From: an uncultured Thermoplasmatales archaeon
Lineage (GTDB): Archaea; Thermoplasmatota; E2; DHVEG-1
Direction of reading: 5' to 3'
Assembly (NCBI GenBank): GCA_964636235.1
Contig: CAZWQV010000004.1
Span: 3,257 to 67,256, forward strand
DNA length: 64,000 nt
The notes beneath the pieces are model-generated. The model saw nothing but the letters and a program-made list of their open reading frames with translations, had not been told where the DNA came from and searched no databases. This document shows, piece by piece, positions 1 to 10,454 of the stretch. How positions within the stretch are numbered: the stretch's first letter is position 1; the number at the start of each line of letters is the position of its first letter. The translations under genes and the position numbers were made by a program.

Positions 1-158
1 CATTAGCTGAGAAGTATACTTCCAAACCAATCGCTTTTCAACGAATGGGAATTCATGATCAATTTTGTGAAAGTGGAACGCCTGATGATCTTTTTGAAAA
101 ATATAAACTAAATGAAAAATATATTGTAAAAAATATTCAACAACTATTGAAACATTAA
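1..158 (+). CDS. Transketolase, C-terminal section (3' end only; the gene begins upstream of the window)
   Basis: Frame 3 reads ...RMGIHDQFCESGTPDDLFEKYKLNEKYIVKNIQQLLKH*. This matches the conserved transketolase C-terminal tail (FGESG...L). Stop codon at 156-158. Confidence 0.55.
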   Translation, partial: LAEKYTSKPIAFQRMGIHDQFCESGTPDDLFEKYKLNEKYIVKNIQQLLKH

Positions 159-1267
159 CGATTTATAATAACAGTAAGGACATCTTGATCACATAGTTTA
201 TGATCTAATCCTACTTTTTGTCCAGGATATTTTGCAGAGGGTCCCCAGACTTGAGCATATCGAAATTTTGTTTTAAACTCTCGATGGATTTTTTTGCAAA
301 CTGATGCCACTGTTTGATTTTTCTTCAGAATCATTGGGACATCATAATCAGGTTTCTTTCCTTGTGGTTTCATATAGATCCGTATCAATTCAAGGGAATC
401 ATAAATAAAATCCTTTAAGGTGTTTAATCCCGTTCCCTTTTTTGCTGATATTGCATGTACTTTCCACCCTTCATTATGTAATATTGATTTTAATTGTTGC
501 ACGCTCTTTTTATCACTTAGATCAATTTTATTAATAACTGCAATGGCAGGAATATATGTACGATTTTTAACAAATGCATCAATCAATTGATTTTCATCAA
601 TATCTTCTCTGATAATGATGTCTGCATTTGTTACATATTCTGATGCAATTGAATACATCGTTTTTTCTTGCATTTTTGTCATTTTTATCGGAGTATGAAT
701 AGAGATACCGCCTTGTTTGGAAGGTGTTATTACCACATCAGGTGGTTTTTGATTCAATCGTATCCCTGCAATTTGAAGTTCATCAGTCATTTGTTTAATA
801 TGACTTTTATGAGTTATATCAATCAATAAAATAATAAGATCAACTGTTCGGATGGCTGCAAGGATTTCTCTACCTCTTCCTTTTCCTTTTGCTGCACCAA
901 TGATAAGTCCTGGAAGATCAAGGATTTGAATATTAGCTCCTTTATGCTTCATCATTCCTGGGATAACATCAAGAGTTGTGAATTCATAAGAGGCAACATG
1001 ACTATCAGCCTCTGTTAATTGATTTAATAATGTACTTTTTCCAATGCTTGGAAATCCGATAAGCCCAACCGTTGCATCCCCGGATTTTTTTATAGAAAAA
1101 CCTTTCCCTTTCACTCCAGATGAGCTTTGTTTTTCTATTTGTTCTCTTAATCGAGCTATTTTTGCTTTTAATTTACCGATATGGTGTTCAGTAGCCTTGT
1201 TTTTTTGTGTATCGAAAATTTCATCTTCAATATCCTTGATTTGTTTTTCAATTGATGCTGTATCCAT
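155..1267 (-). CDS. Developmentally regulated GTP-binding protein (DRG/Obg-like GTPase with TGS domain)
   Basis: G1 motif GLIGFPSIGKST, DLPG motif, and a C-terminal TGS-like region. Collinear with the DRG family. Confidence 0.8.
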   Translation of the reverse strand: MDTASIEKQIKDIEDEIFDTQKNKATEHHIGKLKAKIARLREQIEKQSSSGVKGKGFSIKKSGDATVGLIGFPSIGKSTLLNQLTEADSHVASYEFTTLDVIPGMMKHKGANIQILDLPGLIIGAAKGKGRGREILAAIRTVDLIILLIDITHKSHIKQMTDELQIAGIRLNQKPPDVVITPSKQGGISIHTPIKMTKMQEKTMYSIASEYVTNADIIIREDIDENQLIDAFVKNRTYIPAIAVINKIDLSDKKSVQQLKSILHNEGWKVHAISAKKGTGLNTLKDFIYDSLELIRIYMKPQGKKPDYDVPMILKKNQTVASVCKKIHREFKTKFRYAQVWGPSAKYPGQKVGLDHKLCDQDVLTVIINR

Positions 1268-1312
1268 ATGAGTTGAAAGTGAAATACTAGATGGGGTTTA
1301 TAAAAAGTAGGA

Positions 1313-2257
1313 TTACTTATTGGTAATATGGGTTCCTGTTTTTCCCTTTAATGCATAATACCCATTATTAATATCGGTTATGATCACTTTTTTTCCACCA
1401 GTTTGAAGAAATCGGATGGCAGATAGTATTTTAGGCCCCATACTTCCTGGCGGGAAATGACCTTGCTCATAATATTTTTTTATCTCGGATAGAGAACAAT
1501 CATCAAGATCCTTTTGTTTATTAGTATTATAAAATAAAGATACTTTTTCAACGTTTGTAAGAATCATAAAAAGATCTGCATGAATTGCTTCCGCGAGTCT
1601 CTCAGATGCTAAATCTTTATCCACTACTGCTTCAACACCATCTAAACCCCAGTTTTCTTTTTTAATAACTGGTAAACCTCCGCCACCTGCAGCAATAACA
1701 AATATATCATTTTCCATGAGCGATTTAATTATATCCCCCTCAATTATTTTAATTGGATCTGGTGAAGGAACAACTATCCTCCATCCTTGAGGTTGTTTTG
1801 TAATTTGATATCCCTGTTTTAATAAATGCTGAGATTCATCTTCTGTATAATAAGGTCCGATTGGTTTTGTAGGGTTTTTCATGGTAGGGTCACGTTCATC
1901 AACAAGGACTTGGGTTATTAATGAAATGACAGGTTTAGTGATATGTGCTTTTGTAAATGCATTATATAAGCATTGTTGGATCATATATCCTATCAAACCT
2001 TGACTTTCGGCCACACAAATACCCAACGGCATGGATGGTACGATATCTCTTGCTTTATTATTTTGCAAGAGGATTGCTCCAACTTGTGGGCCGTTTCCAT
2101 GAGTTAAAACGATTTTCATATTTTCTTGTATCATCTTGACAAGAGTTTCTGAAAATTCTCTAGTATTTGCAAATTGCTCATAAATGGTTCCTTTTTGATT
2201 ATTCTTTATGAGGGCATTTCCACCAAGTGCAACTATTGCTCTTTGCATAATTAACAT
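1313..2257 (-). CDS. arcC: Carbamate kinase
   Basis: N-terminus RAIVALGGNAL and the HGNGPQVG motif. Length about 310 aa, typical of carbamate kinase. Confidence 0.8.
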   Translation of the reverse strand: MLIMQRAIVALGGNALIKNNQKGTIYEQFANTREFSETLVKMIQENMKIVLTHGNGPQVGAILLQNNKARDIVPSMPLGICVAESQGLIGYMIQQCLYNAFTKAHITKPVISLITQVLVDERDPTMKNPTKPIGPYYTEDESQHLLKQGYQITKQPQGWRIVVPSPDPIKIIEGDIIKSLMENDIFVIAAGGGGLPVIKKENWGLDGVEAVVDKDLASERLAEAIHADLFMILTNVEKVSLFYNTNKQKDLDDCSLSEIKKYYEQGHFPPGSMGPKILSAIRFLQTGGKKVIITDINNGYYALKGKTGTHITNK

Positions 2258-2348
2258 ATGGGCATTATTATATTGTTTTTAAATGTTTAGAAGGAAAACC
2301 GATTCAAAAAGATAAATTTTAATATTTCTTCAATTATTAAATCTTGCA

Positions 2349-2990
2349 ATGGACCTAAATGATAAAAGAATGTTATTGGTTAGACAATTACAGAAAGAAG
2401 GAAGGATTAATTCAGAAAGGGTTGCTCATGCTTTTTTGAATATATCAAGAGAATTATTTATTCCCAGTCATTTAGCGCCAGCTGCATACGCTGATACTCC
2501 ATTGCATATTGGCCATGATCAAACCATTTCGGCACCTCATATGGTTGCAATTATGGTAGAAGAGTTAGATATCCATAAAAATCAAAGGATTTTGGAGATT
2601 GGAACTGGATCAGGTTATCATGCTGCAATTGTCTCTTATCTTGTTGGAAAAGAAGGCCATATATATTCAATAGAGAGAATACCTGCATTAGCTGAGACAA
2701 GCAAACAAAATCTATCAAAAGCAGGTATTACTAATGTAACTGTTATTTGTACAGATGGTTCAAAAGGATATGAGAAAGAAGCACCATATGATCGAATTTA
2801 TGTAACTTGCGCATCGCCAGGAATACCAGATCCACTTATAAAACAATTAAAGGCAAATGGGAAATTATTGATTCCAGTAGGCGATCGTTTTTGTGATCTT
2901 CAAAGATTAATAAAAAAAGATGATAAAATACATATCGACCACTTGGGAGGATGCTCATTTGTTCCTCTCATTGGTAAGTATGGATATTGA
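2349..2990 (+). CDS. pcm: Protein-L-isoaspartate O-methyltransferase
   Basis: SAM-binding motif LEIGTGSGY and PIMT-like flanking sequence. About 213 aa. Confidence 0.8.
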   Translation: MDLNDKRMLLVRQLQKEGRINSERVAHAFLNISRELFIPSHLAPAAYADTPLHIGHDQTISAPHMVAIMVEELDIHKNQRILEIGTGSGYHAAIVSYLVGKEGHIYSIERIPALAETSKQNLSKAGITNVTVICTDGSKGYEKEAPYDRIYVTCASPGIPDPLIKQLKANGKLLIPVGDRFCDLQRLIKKDDKIHIDHLGGCSFVPLIGKYGY

Positions 2991-3110
2991 ATATGTTATA
3001 ATAAAAACCAATTGATATTTAGTAATTATTTTATATAAAGCGAAATATTTTTATTATCTTTGCATATTTGTTATTGAACATACTTTCCTGTTTTTCGGGA
3101 GGCTGGAAAA

Positions 3111-6100
3111 ATGGTGATGGAATATCATAGTGAATATAAGATTTTAAAAATTACAACCGTTTTAATAATTGTTTGTCTTATACTTCTCAGTTCTTTTCAA
3201 ATACAAATTATTGATAATGCACATGCAACTCGATATATTTCAACTGATAACTCAGGGAGAAATGCTGTAATTCTTACTAATAATGGATTTGGCGGTAAAT
3301 CGAATCTATTGACCTGTGGAGAAGTGATAAGTTTATTAGTGGTAAACAATAGTTTACAACCCTACCAGAATTATACCGTTAAAGTATGGAATGGGACTGA
3401 ATGGATTTCCTGTTATATTATTCAAAATACTTCAACATCTGATAAATATGGTGATTTATCTATCCAATTTCATGTTCCAGGGTTCCAAGAACTACATAAG
3501 CATCCAATGAAAGATAATGGGTTTGGTAATGAAAAGTATCATGGATTATGGAATATTTCATTATGGAACTCTGGGTCTAATGGTTCCCAGATATGGAATG
3601 GATTGAATATTACAATTGCTATTGGGAACTTATATCAAGTTTATCTTACTTGGGAAGAAGATGATCCATATAAGAATCATTTTGACTCTCTATTATATAA
3701 TCATCAAGAATCTTTTTACGTACATGTAAGAAATTGGACTGGGAACTTAGGTTGGCAAAATATCTACAATGATGAACATGGAATAGGGGCTTGGAATTTA
3801 TCTGTTTTTTCACCAGTTGGAGGAAATCCGATTCAGTTCATATCAAATATTCATGCAAATAATCAATTTATAACTCTTACTACAAATAATAGTTATCTTC
3901 CGTCCAATCCAGATCAATTTGAATATATGTATACTGTTAATGTGAGCAAATATAATTCAGGCTCTTCTTTTCATTCCAATATTACTCTTCCTATAAAATT
4001 AAATGTAACTGCTTCATATCCAAGTAATGCAACTTGGGGTGATACACTTGATATAAATGGTTATGTGTTTGATGGTAACGATACTGGGATAAGCGGATAT
4101 ATGATTCAATTATATGCGCCTACAGCAAGGGGGGTGAATGGTGGATATGTAACTGCTTTCTCCATTGAGACCAATTCTACAGGGGGATATTCTATGGTCA
4201 TAGAAACAGGGCCTGATACTGGATATGCAGCGGGTATCTGGTATCTTGGAACATATAATAGTGGAGCAATTCCACCTAGAATCAACGAATCAGATCACCC
4301 TCCGTACATCTCTAGTTTTATCCCTTATCATTCTTTTACCTTGAACACAAAAGATGACGTTAACCTTTCAATCATAAATACAGATAATATCATATCAAAT
4401 TTTACGCAAACCATTAATGTATCAGTTTATAACTCTTCTTGGATGTGGAGTGGATTAAATGATTCATATAACGAGTATAAACATATGATATTTCAGGTAA
4501 CAGGTTTGGAAAGTTGGGATGGTAACCAGCGATATAATAGAGAAGATATTGTTCCCGTGAATGCAAAACGTACAAAAGTTGATACCAATGAAGAATATGC
4601 GTATTATGAATTCAACTGGACATTTAATGAAACTGGCAATGTTACATTATGGGCAAGTTGGCCAGGTAATTTAACAGATTATCAAGGTGAGGACTCATCA
4701 TATAGTAATACCTATAATGAATCCGTACAAATGTTGGCAAATATTACTGGATTTACATCTTTTATTGTTGTTACACCAAATGAGATGAATTTAGAAGTTT
4801 CTGATAATTTCTTACCAAGAGTGCTGGTCTCTGAATCAGAAGAAAATTGGAAAAATACAAGTCAGATAATTACACTGAATGTATATGGTAATTCATCTGA
4901 AAGAAAGATGAATGCAACAATTACTATTTCTGGTTGTGGTCTTGATATGATAATTAAAGAGGATGATACTGTTGCCAGCAATGAATATCTAATCGCAAGA
5001 AGTACTGGCCAATATACTCTTAAGGTCCAACCAAAAATAGCTGGAACTTTAACGATTACTGCGACAAATAAAACTAAGGGAACAAGTGTTACCAAGGATT
5101 TTTCCATAAAAGGTTTAGTTGGTAGTGTTACAACATCAAAAGGAGATGATATTAGTATTACGGTTGGAACTACTGAGACTATTACAGTAACGATAACAAA
5201 TGGTAACTTTGCTGCGGTACATCTAACGTATTATGATTTATCATGGTCAAATCCAAATAGTTTGAATATTACAATTGGTGATGGTACATCTGGTGCAGGT
5301 GCAAATGGCCGATTTACATTTGTCCCAAATCTGGGTGAATTAGGAAATGTTGGCTTTATAGTAGTTGCGGCAAAAGCCGGTTTAAATTATTATATGTATG
5401 AAATAATAAAAATTGAACCGATTTATGATCTAACAATTGAGATGATTAGTCCCATTTCGGTAAATGAATCATTTACGGTTGGTATGCAAGTAGATATCAT
5501 GCTTCAACTTCTCGATGATGAAGGCAATCCAGTGATTGAAGATATGCCACATGTAATTGGTAAATATGTAGATAACAGACACAATGAACACTATCCTCTT
5601 CAAACTATTACATTTAGTCAAATGGGGCCATATTGGGTTGCATCAGATGTGTTTTTTTGGAAGTCAGGTACATTTATTGTTCGTGGTTATAATGCAAGTA
5701 TGGGAATGAGACATGAGGGACTGCATTCTATAAAAGTTACACAAGCAAGAATTACTTATGATCCTCCTACTACCACTGCGGGTATTGGATTAAAAAATCT
5801 TACCATATCGGTTTCAGGTAACGATGCCAATGGAAATCCATTACCTGAAGGTACTCAGTTATATTTTTGGTGTAAGGATTCAGAAGATGCCGCAGTTGGA
5901 GGGAACAGTTCTAATACAAATGCAGTAAATTTTAAACAAGGATATGAACAAATAAGTTTAGATGCCGATGGGAAAGGATTTTTTATTTTAGAGGAGGTTG
6001 GAGATAATAGAACTGTCATTAATGCAAGCATACAAGATAATAATCCATCTGAAGGAAATGATACGTTTGGGTATTTTACTATTGATTATCCTGATTTTAT

Positions 6101-6983
6101 CATTGATCCTGAGGTAATTTATGTTGGTCAACCCAATGTTGTCAATATTACTGCAAAAGATGTAAATAATCAACCAATTGAAGGAATCAATCTGACCTTT
6201 TATTCCTCTATTTCGGGAATAATTCCAGAACAACCCAATCCAATAGAAACTGATGAGAATGGTACCGTAACATTTACGATAAATCCAGTTGGAATAGGAG
6301 TATTAAATGTAACCATTGTAAGAAATATTACTATTCATAATGGACAAATAAACTGGACAAATGCAATAATTACAGATCAGGTCCTTTCAATTGATATATT
6401 AAAACCTATGAAAATGTCGCTATCTCAAGGAAAAATATATGAATCAGATACTTTGATTGTTACCATAACATCTGAAGGTAAGGCATTATCAGATGTTACT
6501 GTAAAGTTTGCACAATCAAAAAAACAAACTAACGCTCAAGGTCAAACTAGCTTTACTGCACCTAATCCTATTTCCAATTCAGCAGTATATACTGTGTCTG
6601 CAGAAAAAAGAGGGTATATGACAACTGAAAAAAGTGTAACTGTATTAAAAGATATTTATGAACCTTTCATTGAGTTTATTAAACCGATGAAAGGATTATA
6701 TTTTTTTAATGTTAAAAGAATTCCATTTCCTTTTTATAATCCAATAATATTAGGTGATGTTGATATTATTGTAAGGGGGTATGATAAAGGATCTGGAATT
6801 GAACGGGTTGAGTTTTATATTGATGGGGAATTTAAACATACTTCATATGAGAGCCCATATACATATACATGGTCGTTTGATACATTAATACAATTTGGTT
6901 TTCGATATCAAATTAAAGCAATTGGTTATGATAATGCAAATAATTCAAATGAAATTGACCTTACAGCATGGCGATTATTATAA
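3111..6983 (+). CDS. Large secreted/surface glycoprotein (S-layer or adhesin-like, Ig-like repeats)
   Basis: 1290 aa. N-terminal signal/TM segment; GGAGG SD 8 nt before the ATG; very many N-x-S/T sequons; Ser/Thr/Asn/Gly-rich beta-rich repeats. No C-terminal anchor. Confidence 0.6.
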   Translation: MVMEYHSEYKILKITTVLIIVCLILLSSFQIQIIDNAHATRYISTDNSGRNAVILTNNGFGGKSNLLTCGEVISLLVVNNSLQPYQNYTVKVWNGTEWISCYIIQNTSTSDKYGDLSIQFHVPGFQELHKHPMKDNGFGNEKYHGLWNISLWNSGSNGSQIWNGLNITIAIGNLYQVYLTWEEDDPYKNHFDSLLYNHQESFYVHVRNWTGNLGWQNIYNDEHGIGAWNLSVFSPVGGNPIQFISNIHANNQFITLTTNNSYLPSNPDQFEYMYTVNVSKYNSGSSFHSNITLPIKLNVTASYPSNATWGDTLDINGYVFDGNDTGISGYMIQLYAPTARGVNGGYVTAFSIETNSTGGYSMVIETGPDTGYAAGIWYLGTYNSGAIPPRINESDHPPYISSFIPYHSFTLNTKDDVNLSIINTDNIISNFTQTINVSVYNSSWMWSGLNDSYNEYKHMIFQVTGLESWDGNQRYNREDIVPVNAKRTKVDTNEEYAYYEFNWTFNETGNVTLWASWPGNLTDYQGEDSSYSNTYNESVQMLANITGFTSFIVVTPNEMNLEVSDNFLPRVLVSESEENWKNTSQIITLNVYGNSSERKMNATITISGCGLDMIIKEDDTVASNEYLIARSTGQYTLKVQPKIAGTLTITATNKTKGTSVTKDFSIKGLVGSVTTSKGDDISITVGTTETITVTITNGNFAAVHLTYYDLSWSNPNSLNITIGDGTSGAGANGRFTFVPNLGELGNVGFIVVAAKAGLNYYMYEIIKIEPIYDLTIEMISPISVNESFTVGMQVDIMLQLLDDEGNPVIEDMPHVIGKYVDNRHNEHYPLQTITFSQMGPYWVASDVFFWKSGTFIVRGYNASMGMRHEGLHSIKVTQARITYDPPTTTAGIGLKNLTISVSGNDANGNPLPEGTQLYFWCKDSEDAAVGGNSSNTNAVNFKQGYEQISLDADGKGFFILEEVGDNRTVINASIQDNNPSEGNDTFGYFTIDYPDFIIDPEVIYVGQPNVVNITAKDVNNQPIEGINLTFYSSISGIIPEQPNPIETDENGTVTFTINPVGIGVLNVTIVRNITIHNGQINWTNAIITDQVLSIDILKPMKMSLSQGKIYESDTLIVTITSEGKALSDVTVKFAQSKKQTNAQGQTSFTAPNPISNSAVYTVSAEKRGYMTTEKSVTVLKDIYEPFIEFIKPMKGLYFFNVKRIPFPFYNPIILGDVDIIVRGYDKGSGIERVEFYIDGEFKHTSYESPYTYTWSFDTLIQFGFRYQIKAIGYDNANNSNEIDLTAWRLL

Positions 6984-7042
6984 TATATTGTTTGTAAATG
7001 AGTAAAGAAAAAGACATATTAAAATATATATTAATATGTATT

Positions 7043-7546
7043 TTATAGCTTATAGCCAATATCCCGTAGTAATTTTTTTCTATGGACAATATCATCTTTA
7101 TTTTCTATGCCAACCGGGCTATGTCCATCAATAACCCCAAGAATACCACGCCCGGGTTGATCTTTATTTGGAGCACTTGCAATAATCACACGTGTGGGAT
7201 TTGCTGTTGCACAGAAAATACTGCAGACTTCTGGAACTTGTTTAATATTTCGTAATATGTGGAGTGGAAAACATCCTTCCATAAATATGATGAATGAATG
7301 GCCGGCTCCAATGTTCATTGCATTTTTTTCAGCAAGTTTTTTTAGTTTATCATCGTTTCCAATACTTCTTACTTTTCGGGCAATACTAGCTTCACAGAAT
7401 GCAATTCCAAATTTCGCGTTAGGTACACTATTCATAATAGCTTCATATAAATCTTCAATTGTTTTAACAAAGTGAGATTGACCCAAAATAAAATTCATAT
7501 CCTCAGGTTTCTCAATGTCAATAAGTTCCAATGTCATCTCATTCAT
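7043..7546 (-). CDS. Adenosine-specific kinase-like protein (PF04008-like), function tentative
   Basis: About 167 aa conserved archaeal small protein. The family assignment is made from memory of the family pattern, so it is low confidence. Confidence 0.4.
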   Translation of the reverse strand: MNEMTLELIDIEKPEDMNFILGQSHFVKTIEDLYEAIMNSVPNAKFGIAFCEASIARKVRSIGNDDKLKKLAEKNAMNIGAGHSFIIFMEGCFPLHILRNIKQVPEVCSIFCATANPTRVIIASAPNKDQPGRGILGVIDGHSPVGIENKDDIVHRKKLLRDIGYKL

Positions 7547-7627
7547 AGCATGTTCACCTCTTTATAAAAACCATATTAAAAATGATTATACTATATCCTT
7601 ATTTAAATGTCATGGAAAACATTACAA

Positions 7628-7903
7628 TTAAAAAACTGGTCTTTTGGTTAATACTGATATCATTTTCAAAGCAGTAAAAAATGCAATAATGAGAGCCATT
7701 GAAAGTACAATCAACTCAATATGTGCTTCACCATAACCATTAATATTTGCTATGAACATGAAATTGTTATAAAAATATGCATGTAGAAAACTAAGATATA
7801 AAACAATCGAATTAGCAAGTAAAATAAGTATGCCAAGAATACAAATGCTTAATTTTACATGTTCTTTCGTATTGTCACCAATATAATTGGTAACATTCCT
7901 CAT
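7628..7903 (-). CDS. Hypothetical small membrane protein
   Basis: 91 aa with two predicted TM helices. No recognizable family. Confidence 0.3.
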   Translation of the reverse strand: MRNVTNYIGDNTKEHVKLSICILGILILLANSIVLYLSFLHAYFYNNFMFIANINGYGEAHIELIVLSMALIIAFFTALKMISVLTKRPVF

Positions 7904-7966
7904 TAATTACCGTTCTTGAACAATTATTATCTAAAAAAATAAAAAAGAGAGAAAATGGTGGTTGGT

Positions 7967-8594
7967 TTATTCTTCTTCATGGTCAAAATATAGATATCCC
8001 ATCTTAAAAAGAATAATAAAAGCGATAATTGCTGCTGCGATGATACCTGCAATGATTATAATCCATGGTATTTCACCTACGTTTTCTGTACCAGATGATA
8101 CTCCAATAGCAAATGTTGAAAGTCCGGGAGTTATTGCATCATAGTAGGTATATGTTTCATCCTTACTGGTAGCGGTTGTGGATAATGTTTGCCAGTTATT
8201 ATTATGATATCTTAGAAGAACAATATTTTTTTGATCAATATTATGATTTTCTAACCATTCATTTTCTACTTTTTATGAAAGAGTAAGACTCTTTAAATCT
8301 TCATCCGCGACATTTGTTGATATATCTATGTACATGTATACTGTGTTTGTTGGTTCTGAAATTCCCCCTGGTTTGGTATCATAGTTTTCATAATGATAAT
8401 ATTTGTCATCAACATCCTACGTTGGACTTCCATGTGCATATGCGGTCATTTTTATTGCAGTCGTTCCATCATCTTCTGCACTAACTGAAGGTAAAAAACG
8501 GCAGAAAATATTAAAATTGTTATCATAATCGCTAGAAAGAATGATATCAGCTTCCTTTTAATTTTAGAGATGTATTTGATTGAATTCCCATCAT
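7967..8594 (-). pseudogene. Decayed surface protein gene (signal peptide + PGF-pre-PGF-like domain + C-terminal TM/acidic tail)
   Basis: Minus strand: AGGAGG then ATGATG start. A conceptual translation needs two frameshifts at A- and T-homopolymers, and contains in-frame TAG (8417-8419) and TAA stops. The reconstructed protein has a signal peptide (…AVFLPSVSA|EDD), a …YTYYDAITPGLSTFAIGV motif and a C-terminal TM. Confidence 0.5.
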
Positions 8595-8745
8595 CCTCGC
8601 CTCCTATTACAGATATAAAAATTCTTATATATATCTATCAGTTTTTAAGGCATAAAAAACAATATAGAATTACTTAAATATATTTCGATATTATGGGAAA
8701 TTTTTAATATAATATAGATAATATTAATAAATTAATCCTATAAAT

Positions 8746-10005
8746 TTATTTTTTACATTCAAAATATGATGTTGATCCTCTAGGGGAGACAAGAATAGAT
8801 GCGTTTTTTCCCGTAATACTGTATGCTTTCCTCAATGCATCCTCTGGAGTTTTAGCTGGAATAAAACCAAGTTTATCCTTAACAAAACCATCTTGTAATT
8901 CAGATACGAGGATGACGGTATTTTTTTCAATTGCTTGTCTATGATAAAATGCCTTATGAGCACCTAATTTGAAATTCTTTTCAAGTAATACTTGGATTTC
9001 AGCAGCTGAAGAATGATTTTCAAGCCAGGTTGCATAGAGATCATTTCCTATTCCTTCGGGGCATTCTGCTATAAGGATAACCACGCCCTTTTCTCTTACT
9101 ATTTGAGATGCGGTATAGAGTGCTTTTAATGATTGATATAAATTTATGTCATGGGGGCTTCCATCTGCTGCAGAAATTACAATATCTGGTTTCTGACACA
9201 GATTCATTTTAAACATCTCATCAACAAGGGCAATTCCTTTTTCCATCACAAGTTTTGGATCACCGGCCCATAAACCAACGATATCATGATGTGAATTCAA
9301 TACCGCACTTAATGCAAAATCGCATCCAGCCATATCCATGGCCTCAATCATTTCCTTACTTATTGGATTGGTATCATATATGCCCATGACTGCATCTGAG
9401 TGAAACATCATTGCATGATTTGTTTGAATACTTTCTGCTGAAGAAACGCCAGGTAACACACTTTTCCGTGTTCCTCCATACCCCGCATAATAATGATATT
9501 CAATATCTCCAACAAGAATTTTAATATCTGCTTGGATATATTCCTTCAATACACAAATTTTGTTTCCATATGATGAAGTTCCTAAAGAAAGATATGCTCC
9601 ATTTTTTACATCATTACTGATAACCGCATAATCATTTACAATTTCTTTACCAAGGATTTGAATCATCTTTTCATAATCTGGTGGTGTATGAGTTCCAGTT
9701 GCAATGATAATGGTAATATCAGTTTTGTTGATACCACATTCAATTAATTCATTCAACAAAGGTGGGAGTAACTGTTTTGTTGGTGCTGGTCGAGTATAAT
9801 CATCAACCACAATAACGACTTTCTGACCTTTAGAAACAACTGTTGATAATGGACCAACCCCCAGTGGATTTTTTATAACAGAGGTGATAAATTTATTTAT
9901 ATTTTCTATTGCTGGAGATTCTTTTGGATGTGCAACAATAACACTATCATTATCATTTAAAAAAAGCGGAAGATGCGATTTTCCATAGGGAAGTGCAATT
10001 TCCAT
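8746..10005 (-). CDS. LarA-family protein (lactate racemase-like, nickel-pincer cofactor-dependent racemase/epimerase superfamily)
   Basis: Collinear with LarA: DDYTRPAP, ATGTHTPP, HYYAGYGGTRKSVLPG (Lys for NPN attachment), and the GCDF motif. Confidence 0.65.
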   Translation of the reverse strand: MEIALPYGKSHLPLFLNDNDSVIVAHPKESPAIENINKFITSVIKNPLGVGPLSTVVSKGQKVVIVVDDYTRPAPTKQLLPPLLNELIECGINKTDITIIIATGTHTPPDYEKMIQILGKEIVNDYAVISNDVKNGAYLSLGTSSYGNKICVLKEYIQADIKILVGDIEYHYYAGYGGTRKSVLPGVSSAESIQTNHAMMFHSDAVMGIYDTNPISKEMIEAMDMAGCDFALSAVLNSHHDIVGLWAGDPKLVMEKGIALVDEMFKMNLCQKPDIVISAADGSPHDINLYQSLKALYTASQIVREKGVVILIAECPEGIGNDLYATWLENHSSAAEIQVLLEKNFKLGAHKAFYHRQAIEKNTVILVSELQDGFVKDKLGFIPAKTPEDALRKAYSITGKNASILVSPRGSTSYFECKK

Positions 10006-10032
10006 AATAAAAGAGAATAAAAGAAGGATTAC

Positions 10033-10215
10033 TTAGTGTTTTGCGTAGAATTTGCTCCAACGTACTCTTCGAGGAACTCGATTTAATTTCAGCATGTTTT
10101 TTTGACATTTGCTTGTACAAAAATGAAAAACACTTCCATCTCTTTTACAATATAGTTTTCCAGTACCAGGTTCTATTTCATTTCCACAAAATGAACAAGT
10201 TCTTCTTTCAACCAT
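10033..10215 (-). CDS. rpl24e: 50S ribosomal protein L24e
   Basis: C4 zinc ribbon: CSFCG...C...C, KFYAKH tail. 60 aa. Confidence 0.85.
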   Translation of the reverse strand: MVERRTCSFCGNEIEPGTGKLYCKRDGSVFHFCTSKCQKNMLKLNRVPRRVRWSKFYAKH

Positions 10216-10235
10216 GCATTATTACCTTCTTTATT

Positions 10236-10445
10236 TTATCTTGGACCACCAAGACTTTTAGCTTCACGTTGGGTTTCACTGAGCATCAATATGTCGCCTA
10301 ATTGAACTGGACCCATAACGTTTCTTGTAATTATCTTCCCTTTGTCCATTCCATCGAGAACACGCAGTTTTACTTGTTGGGCTTCGCCAGCCATACCCGT
10401 GCGATGGATGATCTCGACTACTTCACAGGGTGTTCCTTCAACCAT
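10236..10445 (-). CDS. rps28e: 30S ribosomal protein S28e
   Basis: Contains AEVVEIIHRTGMAGEAQQVKLRVLDG, a near-invariant S28e sequence. Confidence 0.85.
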   Translation of the reverse strand: MVEGTPCEVVEIIHRTGMAGEAQQVKLRVLDGMDKGKIITRNVMGPVQLGDILMLSETQREAKSLGGPR

Positions 10446-10454
10446 GGTATATCA

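Noticed and set aside
1044-1271. Short ORFs antisense to or inside confidently assigned genes (for example 1044..1271, 1957..2139, 4862..5107, 5988..6233, 7194..7475, 10041..10301, 10302..10596, 12099..12332, 12918..13175, 13955..14149, 16725..16991, 18218..18418, 22755..22943, 24427..24612, 26722..27243, 28629..28844, 31236..31511, 34136..34544, 37754..38074, 41023..41442, 43318..43653, 45185..45385, 46524..46782, 47419..47607, 52342..52665, 52957..53458, 57838..58831, 59507..60029, 61581..61808)
   Set aside because: They overlap well-supported genes on the opposite strand or in another frame. They have low-complexity AT-codon-driven composition, no SD, and no family resemblance. Treated as spurious.
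7962-8144. 60-aa plus-strand ORF
   Set aside because: It lies antisense to the C-terminal TM region of the decayed surface-protein pseudogene. Its hydrophobicity merely mirrors the TM segment.
7967-8594. Stop-codon reassignment (TAG/TAA sense codons) suggested by in-frame stops within a conserved domain
   Set aside because: All other genes in the window terminate and read normally with the standard code. The same locus also needs two frameshifts. A pseudogene is the simpler explanation.
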